A DNA stretch of 63,875 bases, counting the filler, from Porpidia crustulata (Eukaryota): NCBI GenBank assembly GCA_964255105.1. It is 19 parts of 19 records of this genome, joined end to end, with 100 filler letters (N's around TTAATTAATTAA, not from the genome) between each part and the next. Parts side by side here need not be neighbours in the genome. Positions count along the whole stretch, not along the records: positions 47,402 to 50,631 come from CAXUWE010002335.1; positions 50,732 to 53,955 come from CAXUWE010002336.1; positions 54,056 to 57,276 come from CAXUWE010002337.1; positions 57,377 to 60,595 come from CAXUWE010002338.1; positions 60,696 to 63,875 come from CAXUWE010002339.1; 14 more parts are not named here. One strand, 5' to 3'. A program made the position numbers and the translations under genes. The notes beneath the pieces are model-generated. The model was not told the origin of the DNA and did no database searches. It saw only the letters and a list, made by a program, of their open reading frames with translations. Shown here piece by piece: positions 49,479-63,212 of the stretch (within the stretch, counting starts at the first letter, position 1; each line of letters starts with the position of its first letter).

Positions 49479-50556
49479 CTACGCCGACCTCCCGCTCACC
49501 GCCCAGGAGTTCCCATTCGCTTTCAGCGGCAGTGGATAGCTACCCAACTCAATGCGCTGCATCGTCAGCGGCTGTGGGTAGTCCTCCGTGGCGCTCACAG
49601 CCTCTAGCCCAGACTCTGGCACGGGTTGGCCGTTCTCGCGAATTTGCGGGACTGGCGGCGGGGATGAATACTGTGGCGGCGATGGACACCGCGGGTTTGT
49701 CTCCAAGAGGATCTCCTTGGCACGGCGGGTGGCGGCGTCGCGGCGGCGGGCGTGGGTGGCGCGGCAGGCCGAGATGAAGAGGGCGAAGTGGAAGAGACTG
49801 CGAGCAGGATTAGGACGGGATCGGCGAAGATGCAGGGGATCTGAGAAAGTACTTACAGGAGGGTGAAAGTTATGGCGCTCGCAATGGCCTCGAGCGTACC
49901 TTGCTGCTGCTTCCGGTGGATTTGGGCTTCTTGCTCGGCGCAATCGACGAAATGGTCGGCGAATCCGCAGACCGGCCGGCCGTCCGAGTAGTAGCCTGTG
50001 CTGTTGTAGGCATATCCACTGGGCACGTAGATGGTGCCGTTGGCATAGTGGCGCGGGGACGTTTTGGGTACGGAGTTGACGGTCTGGTTATAGCGGGCGG
50101 TATTCACGGTCACGACGGCGGTGAAGGACAGGAATAGACCGGTGACCAGCAGAGCGAGCCAGAGGATGAGATCGCAGCCCACATTGGCGCCGGGGTGGAT
50201 GGAACGTTTGCGCATCAGGAGGACGGTGACGTTAGCAGCGTTCCAGACGATTGAAAGGCCGACCTGGAAGAACGGTCAGTTTGCGGGGCTCTTCTTGGTG
50301 AAGTAGTGGAAAGGGGCCCGGGGGCGGAGCGGTGGTCAAGGCTCACGGGTATCAAGTCCCAAGGAACCCAGAAGTAAGAAAAGCTGTAGTAATAGGAAGA
50401 GATCCCCCCGCCATCGATCTGACCCATCACCCCGCCAATGCAGCCGACAGCAATAAGGGCCACGACGATCGAAAGCACCCGCACGGCGAACTTCCACGCC
50501 CACGTCCTGTCATTGTTATAGAGCCGCGAGCGGAACGAAACCACGTTGAACCCCAT
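49479..50556 (-). CDS. Four-TM fungal membrane protein (MARVEL-like)
   Basis: Three exons with GT-AG introns give four hydrophobic segments, IHPGANVGCDLILWL and HFALFISACRATH motifs. Confidence 0.75.
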
Positions 50557-51501
50557 GCTGACTTACTGAACCTATCACAAAGGTACGAGGAAATTTTTAT
50601 AATAGGAAAGAGAATGTACCGTGCGCATGTANNNNNNNNNNNNNNNNNNNNNNNNNNNNNNNNNNNNNNNNNNNNTTAATTAATTAANNNNNNNNNNNNN
50701 NNNNNNNNNNNNNNNNNNNNNNNNNNNNNNNGGGCTGATGTGATTGTGTGATTTGGGGGGTGTGATTTGAAGAATGTGAGTTGAAAAAAGAGGAGAAATT
50801 TTTGATTTAAGTGAGGATGAAGGTGAGGATTGACCAAGCTGGGGATCGGATTCGTGGGCTGAGGACTTAACATTAGAACACGTGATCTTTGGATTTTCAG
50901 CGATCATTCCTGATATCGAATCTAACAGTTATATTTTAATAGAGACTTGTGTATATAATAGTTGTATACGCATTGAAAATCTTTTTCAAAGTTATGCCGA
51001 CTCTCGCAACGTGAGTAAAATCGTTCTGACCTATCTGTCCGTAGATCATTCACGCAAATCTCAGTTTACAATAACATTTCAAAACATCAGATACGATATC
51101 TTACGATCACAAGTTTAGGATGAATACAAAGTATATGATGTATATAATATATGTATATATATAGATATAGATATGAACCGAGATCTCCAAGATAGACAAA
51201 ACACTTTAGAAGAGACCCGAAATTCCCGCCGTATAGACATTACATACATTACTTAAGCCTCGTGATATCGTTGACAAAAAGCTCCCAAAATAAAAGGTGG
51301 GACAGACGCCGTCGAGTAAACACCCTTCGGCACTGACGGTAGACGGGAAAGAGAGCAAACAATAAGTATATGGCAGGAACGGAAATCCTCGGTGTGCAAA
51401 ACCACCGGGTAGAAACAAATCCAATGGTTGTTTGCTGTCTGGACGCCCAACGAGAACAACGATGCAGGCGAGCCACACCTGCGGGAAGGCAGAACATTTA
51501 A

Positions 51502-53236
51502 TCAGTTGGCGACCACCATGTTGCCGAAGTTCTTCCTCTGCCCTCCCATGCCTTTATCACCACCGCCCATGCTCCAGAATCTCGTCAATCGCTTTCTGAA
51601 ACTCGGTTTTTTGTCACTATGATCTAATGTCTGACGACTTTCGAGGTTGGTGGTGGATGGCATGGTGACGGCGGATATGGAGGTGCTAGGTCTACCGAGT
51701 GACTGCTGGTACTGACTGGGGATTGTGAGGTGCGATGCTTTGTCTGATGCGACAATAGCTCCTCTCTCCACCTTTTCCTTCCCAGCTTTCCGCATGTCCT
51801 GCTGTGTTCGTTCATCCGAGTGACTCAGTATTCGCTTCATTCCATCGTCAACCACCGTTGCTTCGACTTCCGGCTTGTTCTCTGTAGGTTTACGACCAAC
51901 ACGCATGAGCAGTCCAACATGCTTCGGTTGCTTCTTCTCTTTGTACTGGTCTAGACCGGGCAGAGCAGGGAGTGCACGATTCAGATTCGGGGCCTTGTCC
52001 GCAGCACTCGTGTCTTCTTCCCTTTCCGGCTTCGCGCTGCGGAAGGAACTCCAGCTTCCCTTTCGCCGGAGATCTTTGGGACGCCACGAGAACTTGGACC
52101 CGCTGCTGCTCTTGATACTGCTTGATCGGCTCTGGGTCCTTGATAGACTGCCTTCGCCAATTGACCGAGCACTGTCCATGCTTGCCCTTGGTCGAATATA
52201 TCCTACAATGCCATCTCTGAAACTGCCGGCGATACTGCCAGCTCGGCTCAATGGCCGTTCCGGAGGCTCATACTGTTTGGTCTGCTCGGACCTCGTACTG
52301 CCCGGTCTACCAGCGTTACCGCTTTTATTATACTCGGCCCGGCGACGAGCAAGCTCGTGCACCATCCATGCTTTGGCCGTGGCATCCGCAAGCGAAGCGG
52401 ATGCACCATCTTGCAGGACCTGTTCCGACACACGCATGTTCGTGTACGAAGCTCTTTTGTCGTCGCCAGGAGTCAATGCTGCCGACGTCAGTCCAGTGGA
52501 GATAGGGCGACCTCGGTCATCGTAGGTTGTGTTCGTGCGCGATGTAGACGCGCTCGTGTCCACCGAAGGACCAGTATAGTCTATACAGGCCGCGGCCGAG
52601 GTCTTTGGTCGGGTGTCCAATGATGCCCGCACGTGCGACAGTGGGTCGTCTGCTTCTTTGCCCTTACTTCGGTTGCCCGCAGACAGCTTGGTATGAGTTG
52701 GTTCAAGAGGTTCAAAAGGAAAGCTGGGCAGCTGGGCCATATTGTCCCTGGCTGCGTGCGTTGGCACGTACGCAGTGAGTTTCGGGGCTGGTTGGCGGGG
52801 CTCATCCTGGCGGCGCGATGAAGAGTGGCGATGGATCCGGACAGCAGCACGAGCCTGCTCGGCAGCCTTTTGTGCCTTGTACTCCTCGTACTTCTTCAAC
52901 GTCGCTTGATGCTCCGGCAGATCTTCGTCGTCGTCACTTGGCGGGTTGGTTTCTTTGACGATGATGGCGCATACGCGGTGCAGCTCCGCCTCGATCTCGT
53001 GCGGAAAGGTTGGACGTTCCATTTCCGACGGCGTGGGACTGTATGGCGGCGAGTCTACTCCATCGAACTCGTGATTTTCCTCTGGCGTTGAGGAAGACAG
53101 TTTCTGGGAGGATTGTTAGCTTTGTATCACACCGCGTTTCACGGTCATGCACCGGAGCAGATCCGAGGCTACTGGAGGGGTGAAGTGGGCAGCCACTGAC
53201 CAGTCGTAGCGATGAAAAAGAGAATTTACGCTTCAT
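51502..53236 (-). CDS. Hypothetical S/R-rich fungal protein
   Basis: 506-aa ORF extended in frame by an upstream exon MKRKFSFSSLRL (intron about 53104-53200, GTCAGT...GCTAAC...CAG); LNRALPALP motif. Confidence 0.8.
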
Positions 53237-54055
53237 GATGACGGCGAATCGTTGGGGGGAGTGGACGGATTAGGCCACCAATGGGTTGAGAGGTGTCCCT
53301 TTGGAGTTTGGAGGGACAGACAAACTGCGAGCTTTCGTGGCTGTGTCTGTGCCTCTCGAGGGTGTCGAGTCCCGATCCAGTACCTTTTTTTTTTTGGTGT
53401 GGGCGCAGGTCGGACGAGAGAAATGCTCTAGGGCGCTGTTCCTGTCCTTGTTGGCGTCGGCACGCTGCAGGTGTGGTGGGGCAACGATCTGGCGACAAGA
53501 AAGTTTCACACACACGAGCACACAGACCTTGTTAAGGACATGCTCGTTGCGTTGAAAGAGAATCAACGATTTTGACAGTAGATGTAGATATCGCGATGAT
53601 TTTCAATCAGGGAGAGATGAGTGTACTACGTATATTATTACTCCTTGCTACCCCGTACCGTTCTCCCAAATTACCTTGCTGCCATCGCCCATGGTAGTGG
53701 ACCGGCAGCGGTGATTTCTGCTTCTCCTCCTGTCAGCCACGGCGTCCGTTAGCTCCGTCCATTTATCCTCTAAGCCGCCAACTCCATCTATTTCCCACAT
53801 ATTCGACCAATCACATCCCGTCTCTCTGATTCCTTTTCATCCCTTCATTATTATCATGTATGTATGTATTATTGTTCTCAGTGTTATTCACTCCCCCCTT
53901 CTCCCTCTCAGCCTCTCCAGTCTCGACTCGATCGAAAGGCCTGGCCAGCCTCGACNNNNNNNNNNNNNNNNNNNNNNNNNNNNNNNNNNNNNNNNNNNNT
54001 TAATTAATTAANNNNNNNNNNNNNNNNNNNNNNNNNNNNNNNNNNNNNNNNNNNN

Positions 54056-57000
54056 GAGGCGCATCGGGTGGTTGAAGTTGTAGGCGGTGCGGACGGTGCG
54101 AGAGTCGAGGGGACCGGCGTGGGGGAGGATGGCGTAGCGGATGTGGTGGCGGCCTGGAACGAAAGGATGTTAGTGAAATTTGGTTTAAAGTGGAGAACAA
54201 AGAAAATTTCTCCAAGGTTCCGGCTTACCCATATCGGCATGAGCGTCTGGAGCTTTGGGCGCTCTTAGAAGAGACAAGCGCATCATGTTGCCGCACGTCG
54301 CGAAGCCGTACTTGCTATCGTTCATTATCGAGACCCCGTAGCCGTTCTCTGATAGATCGGCCCATTTATGGCAACAAACTTCGAACTTCGCCATGTCCCA
54401 GCTGGTGTTGTAGTGAGTAGGTCTCCGAATGATACCGTACTGAGTCTCGTAGGAGGCTTCGGTATTGACAATATCCACGGGGAATTCGACCTTGAGGAAT
54501 TTCATGTTCTCTCGCCATTCAATCTCGCTGGCCATTTCGACGTACGATGGCTGGCCCTCGATGCTCGCTGCTAGGCTGATGGTGGTCCTGACCCAGCTGT
54601 GCTCACTGATCTTGGTCTCCGTGACCAAGCTCACGAGGTGAGGCCCATGCTCTACAATCTCGCTTTCGCCTGGCGGTAGCTCTTGTCGCGATTCAAGGTG
54701 GTAAACCTCTACATCCCAAGCTTGCCAGTAAAGCGGCTTGTCGTCAAAGATGACGAGTTGGTTTGCCTTCCCGCCCTTAGCGATGATCTCGCGCCTTTCA
54801 AGGACATCAAAAAGCGAGGTGATTGCTCCGCCCTCAACTTGGAGCCTGTAGTGCTTATTTGACAGCTGAAAGACGCCTTTCTTGACCTCTTTGATGGACG
54901 CCGACGAGTTGACACTCTTCGATGGTCCCGAAAGTAACTCCACGGCGGCAATACCCGTGTTTCCTCTCACCAAAGCAAACTCTGAGGCTTTAGACTTCGA
55001 AGCTCCGGGAACTTTCATTATCTCCGCACGAGGCCAGGGAGAAGTATTGATAGCGGTCGGGGTACACCCATTCGCCCCGTGCCTTGAAAACCCAAGAGTG
55101 CACAAGGCTTCTTTCATGACGTCCTCGCCAGTCTTGAAGACTTTAGCGTAGAGCTCATCCGAATCATCATAGCACATTTCGATGCAGCTTCCGGGAAGAC
55201 AATCATGAAATTGACACAGTAAAATGTTTTCCCACATATCGTCGATATCCTTCTTAGGATACCTATAAGACTCATCCTTCATTGAGGCCAAGGTAGCAAG
55301 GTACTCAACATCATGCATCATGATTTCCGTCTTTCTATTGTTCCATTTGTTGTTGGCTTGTGTAGTGTAGGTGCCGCGATGAAGCTCGAAATAGAGCTCC
55401 CCATACCAGGTGACAAATTCGGTGCCATTCTCTGCTTTCAACTCCAGCCGATCGAAGAAGTCTTCAACCGAGTTACCCATTTTAACTCGAGGTAGTAACC
55501 CAACTTTGTCACTTATTCCTCGGCACCTTCGGAGTTTCTCTAGGTGCTCCCACGTTGGCCCTCCTCCACCGTCGCCTTTACCGAACATGAGTAACGAGGT
55601 TTTGTCTTGATCCATGGACTTATGTTGAGTTATGCTGCGCTTTACGTCACCAAAGTTCGCATCAGCGGTGTATGTTTCTGAGGGCGCCATATGACATATG
55701 ACTTGGCTGCCATCGAGAGACACCCATCGGAAGGTAGTGTGAGGAAAGTTGTTGATATTGTTCCAGCTGAGCTTTTGAGTGAAGAATCGACTCATCCCAG
55801 CAAGACGGCACAACTGCGGAAGCTGGCTCGAGTACCCAAAGGTATCTGGTAGCCAGAAAGTCCTGCAACGTTCGCCGAAGTGACTCTCAAAGAATCGTTG
55901 ACCGTACAGGAATTGACGGACGAGTGATTCTCCACTAGGCATATTTGTGTCATGCTCGACCCAGCTACCGCCAATGGGCTGGAAGGTACCTTTCTTAACT
56001 TTGGACTTGACGCGGTCGTATAAGGGCGGGTAAAGCTGTTCAAGCCATTTGAATTGCTGAGCTTGCGAGCATGCAAAACGATGCTCTGGGTAGCGCTCCA
56101 TAAGATTGCATTGATTAGCCCAAGACCGGGCAACTTTCCGCTTTGTTTCTGCCCACGGCCACAACCAACAGGTATCAATGTGACAATTTCCGACAGCAAA
56201 AACGATAGTTTCTTCACCCGAGTCGTAGACTTTAGACGAATCGACGTTACTGCCAATATACTTGCGCGCGATCTTTCGACCCTCCACGATGGATTGTTGG
56301 CTTCCATGACCTGCAATGAAAGTATTCATAACAGCATTACCGACTTGAAGAGCTTCATGCGACTCCCAAGAGTCTCCGGGAAATTCTCTTGCTGCGTCTG
56401 TATTGGAATTAGCTACTGCACAGCACGAACTTTATGCTTCCTACCTCCAATTTGCCAGAAGTCAATGTACAGCGCTCTGGCCTCTTGGTTGATGGCAAGG
56501 ATATCTGCCAAGTATAATTGAAAGTATACGTCTGGATGTGGTGGCTGAATTATATCCCCTTCCGCATTACCAAACATGCGATTGCAGGCCATTTCGATAT
56601 AAAATGTGTGGAATTCACCGTCTCGGAAAGACTTCGGAATGATCCATTCTCTGCGCTCTCCACCTCCAGTAAGGCCTTGAAGCGGTTCACCATCTTCACT
56701 CCATACGAGTCCTTCATTGTTCGCATCCCAATGAAACTCGAGCAGCTCGAATTCCTTCATGTGCGACGGCACCTTTAGTTGAATTTTGAACCAGTGCGTT
56801 GACCAACTTGGCCCGAACGATTCGCCCACATTGGTTTCCTTAAAGTCTTTCGATATTGCCTCCTTGAAGGTGGGCCGTGCAAGATCTGGAGGGGAATAGA
56901 CCGAGAGCTTTACGTAGTCCTCCCCAGAGGCTCGTCCGTGATAGAACTTCCTATATTTCCCAATTAGTATATATCTGAGGTCCTAGAACCTAGTCACTAA

Positions 57001-57177
57001 TTTATGCATTCTGTGATTCTCCACTTACCCGCGTAAGTTTTCCGGCTCATACTGTCCACCACCAGTGAATTGACCGAGTCGGTCTCTGTAGATGTTGTTG
57101 ATTCGTTGCCCTACAGGACCAGCCGAGAGCTTCGGAAGGGAGATCGACGAGACTCTGATCTGGGTCTCGCCACCCAT
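54056..57177 (-). CDS. AMS1: Vacuolar alpha-mannosidase, GH38, 3'-truncated
   Basis: [58 protein letters not shown] and [11 protein letters not shown] motifs; at least three introns. Confidence 0.95.
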
Positions 57178-57693
57178 ATTGATGTTATGACGATTTTCCA
57201 CGGGGGCATTCAAACCCGTTGTATTGAGGAGTGGTGATAAAATACTACTATTATAAGGCAACGATTAAGATCTAAGNNNNNNNNNNNNNNNNNNNNNNNN
57301 NNNNNNNNNNNNNNNNNNNNTTAATTAATTAANNNNNNNNNNNNNNNNNNNNNNNNNNNNNNNNNNNNNNNNNNNNGGAGAGATGGATGTCGGGTGATGG
57401 TGTTGCGTTGGAGGGTGTAGGGGTTCGTCGGTCGAGGCGTCATGTGTTGAGAGTTTAAAAGGATAGCGTAGCTCAAAAAAAGCGTCGGCCGCGTGCGACT
57501 TTTTTCAGATGCTCGCGCTCGATTCCGGAGGAGCGAGGGAGATGGAACGCTGCAACAAATATGATTTGGTCTAATCCGTCCACCCGTAACCCTAACCCAT
57601 GATTTCATTGCACCGTTCCTTACTCGTATGTACGTCGCGCCCCCACCGCAAATCTCCCAACTCCCAATAATGGCAAAAGATAGAAAAAAACAC

Positions 57694-60167
57694 TCAAGCC
57701 CCACCCCTCTTCTCCCTCCACTTCCTCAGCGTATCCTGCGCCGTCGCCACCTTGAGCCCGATGCGCGCGTCCAACTCGTACCCCTCCCACCGCGCCGCCT
57801 TCTCGATCCACCGCTCGCACTCGGCGACATACTCCTCCTCCCGCCGCTGCCCCGTCTCCGCCGCGCCACTATCCCGCCTGCGCATCCAGCAAATCACGCC
57901 CATCTCGTAGTGCGCGGCCGGCGCCGTCCAGTCATCCTTTGTCCCGCCTTTGAGCTCGGTCTTGTCGACGCCGATGACGCCCGCGCGCAGGAGGGCGGCG
58001 GCGTCGTCCCAGCGGCGGAGACTGCGCAGGGTGGCGGCGCGGAGGACGGCGAGGATAGCGCGCTCGTCGGGGCCTTCGTGCTTCCAGATCTGGTTAGTTG
58101 TGTTGGGGCTGTCGCTCCAGGAGAGGGCGGCGAGGCTGGCGGTCAGTTGGGCGTCGTCCATGCGCTTGTAGCCGTTCCAGAGGAAGATCATTTCCTCGAG
58201 GGGGCTGACGCCGACGGCGTCGATGAAGGGGATTTTCCATTCTTTGGCTCGGGCGTCCCATTTGGTGATCTTGCGTGTGGCGAAGACGTCAAAGGGGAGC
58301 TGGCGGGCCATGAACTTCTTCTTACCGGCGTGCTTGGGCGCGGTATGGAAGTATTCGGTTGCCTTTTCTGCGTGAGTAGCTGCAAGCTTGGGGTCGGAGG
58401 TTTTGTGCAGGCGGTAGAGCTCCAAGTGGGCGGCGCCGGCGATGTAGTAGTATAGGGCGTGGGACCAGTTGTTCAGGGTGACGCAGGCGAGAAAGGAATC
58501 AGCGCAGAGGGTGTAGTCGTGTATGTACATGGCATTCAGGGCGCGCTCAAACATCTCAAGGGCTTCGACTTGTTTTAAAGGGGATTTGGTGGCATTGTTG
58601 AGGGTGGAGATTGCGGTGGAGAGACGCCGTTTTGTTGCTTGCATTCGGGCTTCTTCAAGGAGCCAAAGATGGGACTGAGGGTGGCGAGTACGCATATCCA
58701 TAAGAAGATCTTCGCAACGCTGCCTAGGGTAACCTTCAACTGATTGTTCCTTACCCTCAGCGGCTGGGACAAAATCAGGGAGTATGTCAGAGAACCCCAC
58801 GATGGTATTGTAATATCCCAAGAGAATGAGGCCGGCCATGGCACCATTGATGTTGTGGAATTTGCTGGCTTGCCATAGTAGGCGAAGGCCGCGGTCTCGA
58901 TCTCCTTTGAAACCTATTATGAAGAGAAGTTTGCCAAAGGCCGGTGGAATCATGGAGATCATGACGAGCAAAAGCCCAAAACAAAGGTTTGCACCAGAAT
59001 GTATAAAGACATCAACTGGGTTCGCAAAGACATCAGAATCCGGATTATGATTTAGCATTCTATGCTTCTGACTCGTAGGCTTCTGAGAAATTACGCTATT
59101 CAAACCTGGATTGTCGAGGGACATGTCTGCTAGTTTTGCGTTCATGTCGAGATGGTCGGCAGCTTCCGAGTCTTCTTCAGCGTCGTAGAATTCATCTCCT
59201 TCTTCGTCCACTTTTCTGCCTGTAGGAGCAGTGCTCTCACCATTTGGTATCGACCGAACCGTGGGCGCTGCATCTTGCTGCAAGCTTCTAGGGTTATCTC
59301 CGAACCCGCCAGGCATACCCTTCATCGAATCCACTGATCCTCCTGACCTCAAAGAATCGACCGACTTGCTCGCTGAAGCGTTCAAACTTGTCTTACTCAT
59401 TCCTCGCATATATGTGATTTCTGCTTCAAGTATACCATCCAGGGTAAGGTAAGCTTTGCGGAGCTTATAGAAGCCCTTGATACTCTCCGTCAAACTTTCG
59501 TTGAGAACGGCAACTACTGCACTCATCAGTTGAGACTGGGCATGGCAAAGTGCAAATTCAGATCCGATCGTGTATATAGTCGAGCGAAATGCATTTGGAT
59601 CTCGATGTGCCCGCTTGTGGGCCGCCGATGCTGTTCCTTCGCAGTCTGCCAGGCGTTGTGAGGCTGAAGAATGGAGCAACCTTAGCTTCGCCTTCCCGAG
59701 AGACAACGCACAGTAGTTTTACCTTCTTGCATGACTTCTTGTTCAAACCCCAAGGTGGCTTTGAGGAATGTTACAACCCCTTTTCCGAGCTATTGAACGC
59801 CTCGGAGAACTTCATCAGCGTACATTCTCCTTCGAGCGACGAATCAGCCTCAGGTTCAGGCCGCCGGGTCATTGTTCCAATCCCATACCTTATGAAAAGC
59901 CGAATCACCCTGGCTCAGCCCGCTTTCCGCCGCTTCCAAGTCATCGTCCATAATATATAGTGCCGCTGCAATTTCGAGTCAAATCTGTTTCCAGGAGGCG
60001 GAGGATCATGAACGCCCATACCTCGCATGGCTGTTTCTACTACCGTAAGTATTAGTAATTGGTAAACTCTGTATAGCAGTTGAGGATATACAGCTATGGG
60101 GCTCGGACAATGAGTTCAATGACTGGCTCGAGGCGTTGTCGCCACCGCGCAGCCATCCTCTCAACAT
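57694..60167 (-). CDS. IML2: Iml2/TTC39 (DUF3808) TPR protein
   Basis: MDDDLEAAESGLSQGDSAFHK exon, IKGFYKLRKAY, FIHSGANLCFG, IGFKGDRDRGL, NNWSHALYYY and KKKFMARQLPFD motifs; several short 5' exons. Confidence 0.9.
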
Positions 60168-60695
60168 TGTGCCTTTTCTACTCCGTCAATATGTGATTTG
60201 ACAGAATCCGAAAATCCACTATAGCCAGTCATGAATTGTATCAAACATGATCTTGAGAATGCGAGAGTGATGAATAGAGTCAAGACCAGGGAAGAAAATG
60301 GACGAAAAAACGAAAGCACGGTGACGGGTCGAGACTGCTGAGTCCTCTTGCGGCTCGCGGTCATGAAGCGTCATTGACCCGGACTTGTCGTTAGCGAACT
60401 CCGTCGGTAAATCCGGAACATATTCTCCCCTGAGAACAGAGTAGATCTATTAGCATTAGCTTCATCTCGTAAGAGGCCTTGCTCATAGTGTTGGAAGCTC
60501 TCTTTTCATATATAACAGTGATTCGCTGAGCAAAGTACATGATTGGATAAGTAACGGTCAATATTGTTACGGCCATACCCACCATATCTAGTAGTNNNNN
60601 NNNNNNNNNNNNNNNNNNNNNNNNNNNNNNNNNNNNNNNTTAATTAATTAANNNNNNNNNNNNNNNNNNNNNNNNNNNNNNNNNNNNNNNNNNNN

Positions 60696-61369
60696 GGGTA
60701 GTTGGGTTGATATTCGTGCTGGGCCGAGGAGCTGGATACGGTATTTCTCTTCTTCTTTGACTTACCGTTAACTTCGGGTGAATGACCATTTGGGATATGG
60801 CCGTTCGTTCGCGGTTGACCAGTATATTGGTTATGGAACAATCGGCCCTCATCATCGGTATAGTATAGATCCTCCCCTTCCCCAGGTTCGTATTGGTCTT
60901 GATCATCATTGTCAGACGCCCCATAGTCGTACCCATTCATTTGAGCCTGAGTCCGCGCTGCAGAAATTTCAAGTAAGTGGTCTTGGTGCATCGTACTGCC
61001 ATTTCCAGCAAAGGTCTTTGTGGGATCTGGTCCTCTTGACTGGGTTTGTTCTGCGGCTAAGCGTGCGGCTTGCTTTTGCCGTCTTTTCTGTTTTTTCCTA
61101 TTGACACCAGTAGCACCATCTACAATACCTCCACTGGGGTTGTCGGCGATAGGCAGGCTGTCTACTGATTGAGTAGTCTGAACACCAGACGCCACTTTCG
61201 CTATTGGTGGGGTCATTTTTGAGTTCGTCATGATTGACTGAGGGTTGACAGGATTTTGGGCATTCGTAGCTTTTGCTTTCAGAGCTCCATTGTCCAGAGC
61301 TCCCTTTGAGGGGGCCTGTTTCGGCGGATTTTTAAGTCCTGGCATATAGGAGGATGGCTTTGGAGGCAT
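60696..61369 (-). CDS. NST1: Stress response protein Nst1, N-terminal part (truncated)
   Basis: VNRKKQKRRQKQAARLAAEQ followed by an acidic YYTDDE segment and KSKKKR, as in filamentous-fungal Nst1. Confidence 0.7.
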
Positions 61370-62117
61370 TTCGACCAAGAACTATCGAAATGGAACGCTA
61401 CAAACCCGCTGGCATGTAGTTTGGAGTCAGACGCTACTCCGGTTGTTTATTGTTGTGTAAGGTATCCGGGGTGAAGTGTTAAAAAGGCCCCTCCAACCCG
61501 TGATCAAAGCCTAGGTTGGGGAACGCGGTTCCGAGTCTTGTGTGACAGCAAGCGCCAACACACATGAGCAGAATTGACGTTGAATATCTGTCTGATGTCT
61601 CTGGGTCCGGATGGAAAAAATAATGAGTTCGTGGGGCCGAGGAGATTCGGCATTCGTAATTCAACGTAAGAGGGTCTCACTTGGATGCAATTACTAGTGG
61701 TCCTGTCCGTACGCCAGGTACGACAGTCGTGCATAAACCGACAAGCGGCGTCAATTATGTCCAATCGCAACTCAACTACATATCCAAATTTCCTGTCACG
61801 TATTCATATTATACTACCGCAGCAGCAGGTAGCTTCTCGCTGTCTCTCGCTTTCACATTGATCGTCGCCAAGGCTTGACGTTGTCAGCGGTGAAGGTGGG
61901 CGACAACTTCAGCTCAACCTTGTGTCACAACGAACAACAGCTCAACCCTCTAAATCCACTGCTGGCATAAGTAGCACATCGCTGATTAGAGGCCGGGATC
62001 GGATTGTATGTTCCGACTCTAGTCATCGGTCTCGAATATTCCATTATCAGCAATACACTGGTGCTTCTTCCAGACGGCGGTTCCTGCGAAGGAGCGGAGA
62101 GCAAGTGTGAGCTCACC

Positions 62118-63212
62118 ATGGCGCAACGAAATGATCAAAACGTTATGCGAAGGTATGTGGAATAGCTTGGATATTACTGTCCAGGATCCAAGTCTAGCAA
62201 ACACACCGACGAACCCAGCTCGGCAACCTGTCAGCAAGTTCAATTACTCATACAAGTGCTATTATGATATACGTTGACAGACTACACATAAATTTACCAG
62301 CATCCTTTCGCAATTGCAAAGTATGAAACAAATCACTGGAATTGTGATGATCCAGGGAAACATAAGTCTCGAACTTGACCACGAATGCTGCATTGATAGG
62401 GGAACAAATCGTTCACGATGGGTTCTGAGGCTGATATTTGCTGTCAAATCTTAGAAAATTGGTCATAATCGGTGATGGTGCTTGCGGCAAGACAAGTCTT
62501 CTCAGCGTCTTCACGTTAGGCTATTTCCCCACGGTAATCATAGAAAGTGACCAAGAACTTGAGAGGATAGGCTAACATTAAGTAGCACTACGTAGGTAAA
62601 CCATCTTGACCACGATCCGATCACGCTGCCTGGCGTCCTCAAATTTCCAGCTGACTTGGAAACTTTGCCTCTAGGTACCGACAGTTTTCGAAAACTATGT
62701 AACAGATTGCAGAGTTGATGGCAGATCCGTTCAACTGGCATTGTGGGATACAGCAGGCCAGGAGGATTATGAAAGATTGCGACCATTAGCATACTCAAAA
62801 GCCCACGTTATATTGATTGGCTTCTCACTCGACACCCCTGATTCACTGGATAACGTCAAGCACAAGGTAGATTACTAGATCCAGCCACGAGGCCCGCTAC
62901 AATCATCTAACATCGTCCTAGTGGATTGACGAAGCCAACGAGCGCTGCCCCGGGGTACCAATAATACTCGTCGGTCTAAAAAAGGATCTCAGAGAAGATC
63001 CCGTCGCCCAGGAAGAGATGCGCAAGAAATCCCTGCACTTTGTGACCGAGCAAGAAGGCCATACCGCCGGCCGCGAGATCGGGGCAAGGAAATATCTAGA
63101 ATGCTCATCCTTAACCGGCGAAGGCGTAGACGACGTCTTCGAAGCCGCTACGCGAGCTGCTCTGCTCTCCTTTGAGAAAAGAGAAGGGGGCGGGTGCTGC
63201 ATCATTTTATGA
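62118..63212 (+). CDS. RHO2: Rho-family GTPase Rho2
   Basis: Spliced: [64 protein letters not shown]...CCIIL* (CAAX); four introns. Confidence 0.95.

Noticed and set aside
57587..57598. TAACCCTAACCC as a telomerase RNA template or telomere
   Set aside because: Only two repeat units, about 100 nt from the IML2 stop, so a plus-strand TER would run antisense through IML2. More likely a telobox-type promoter motif or chance.
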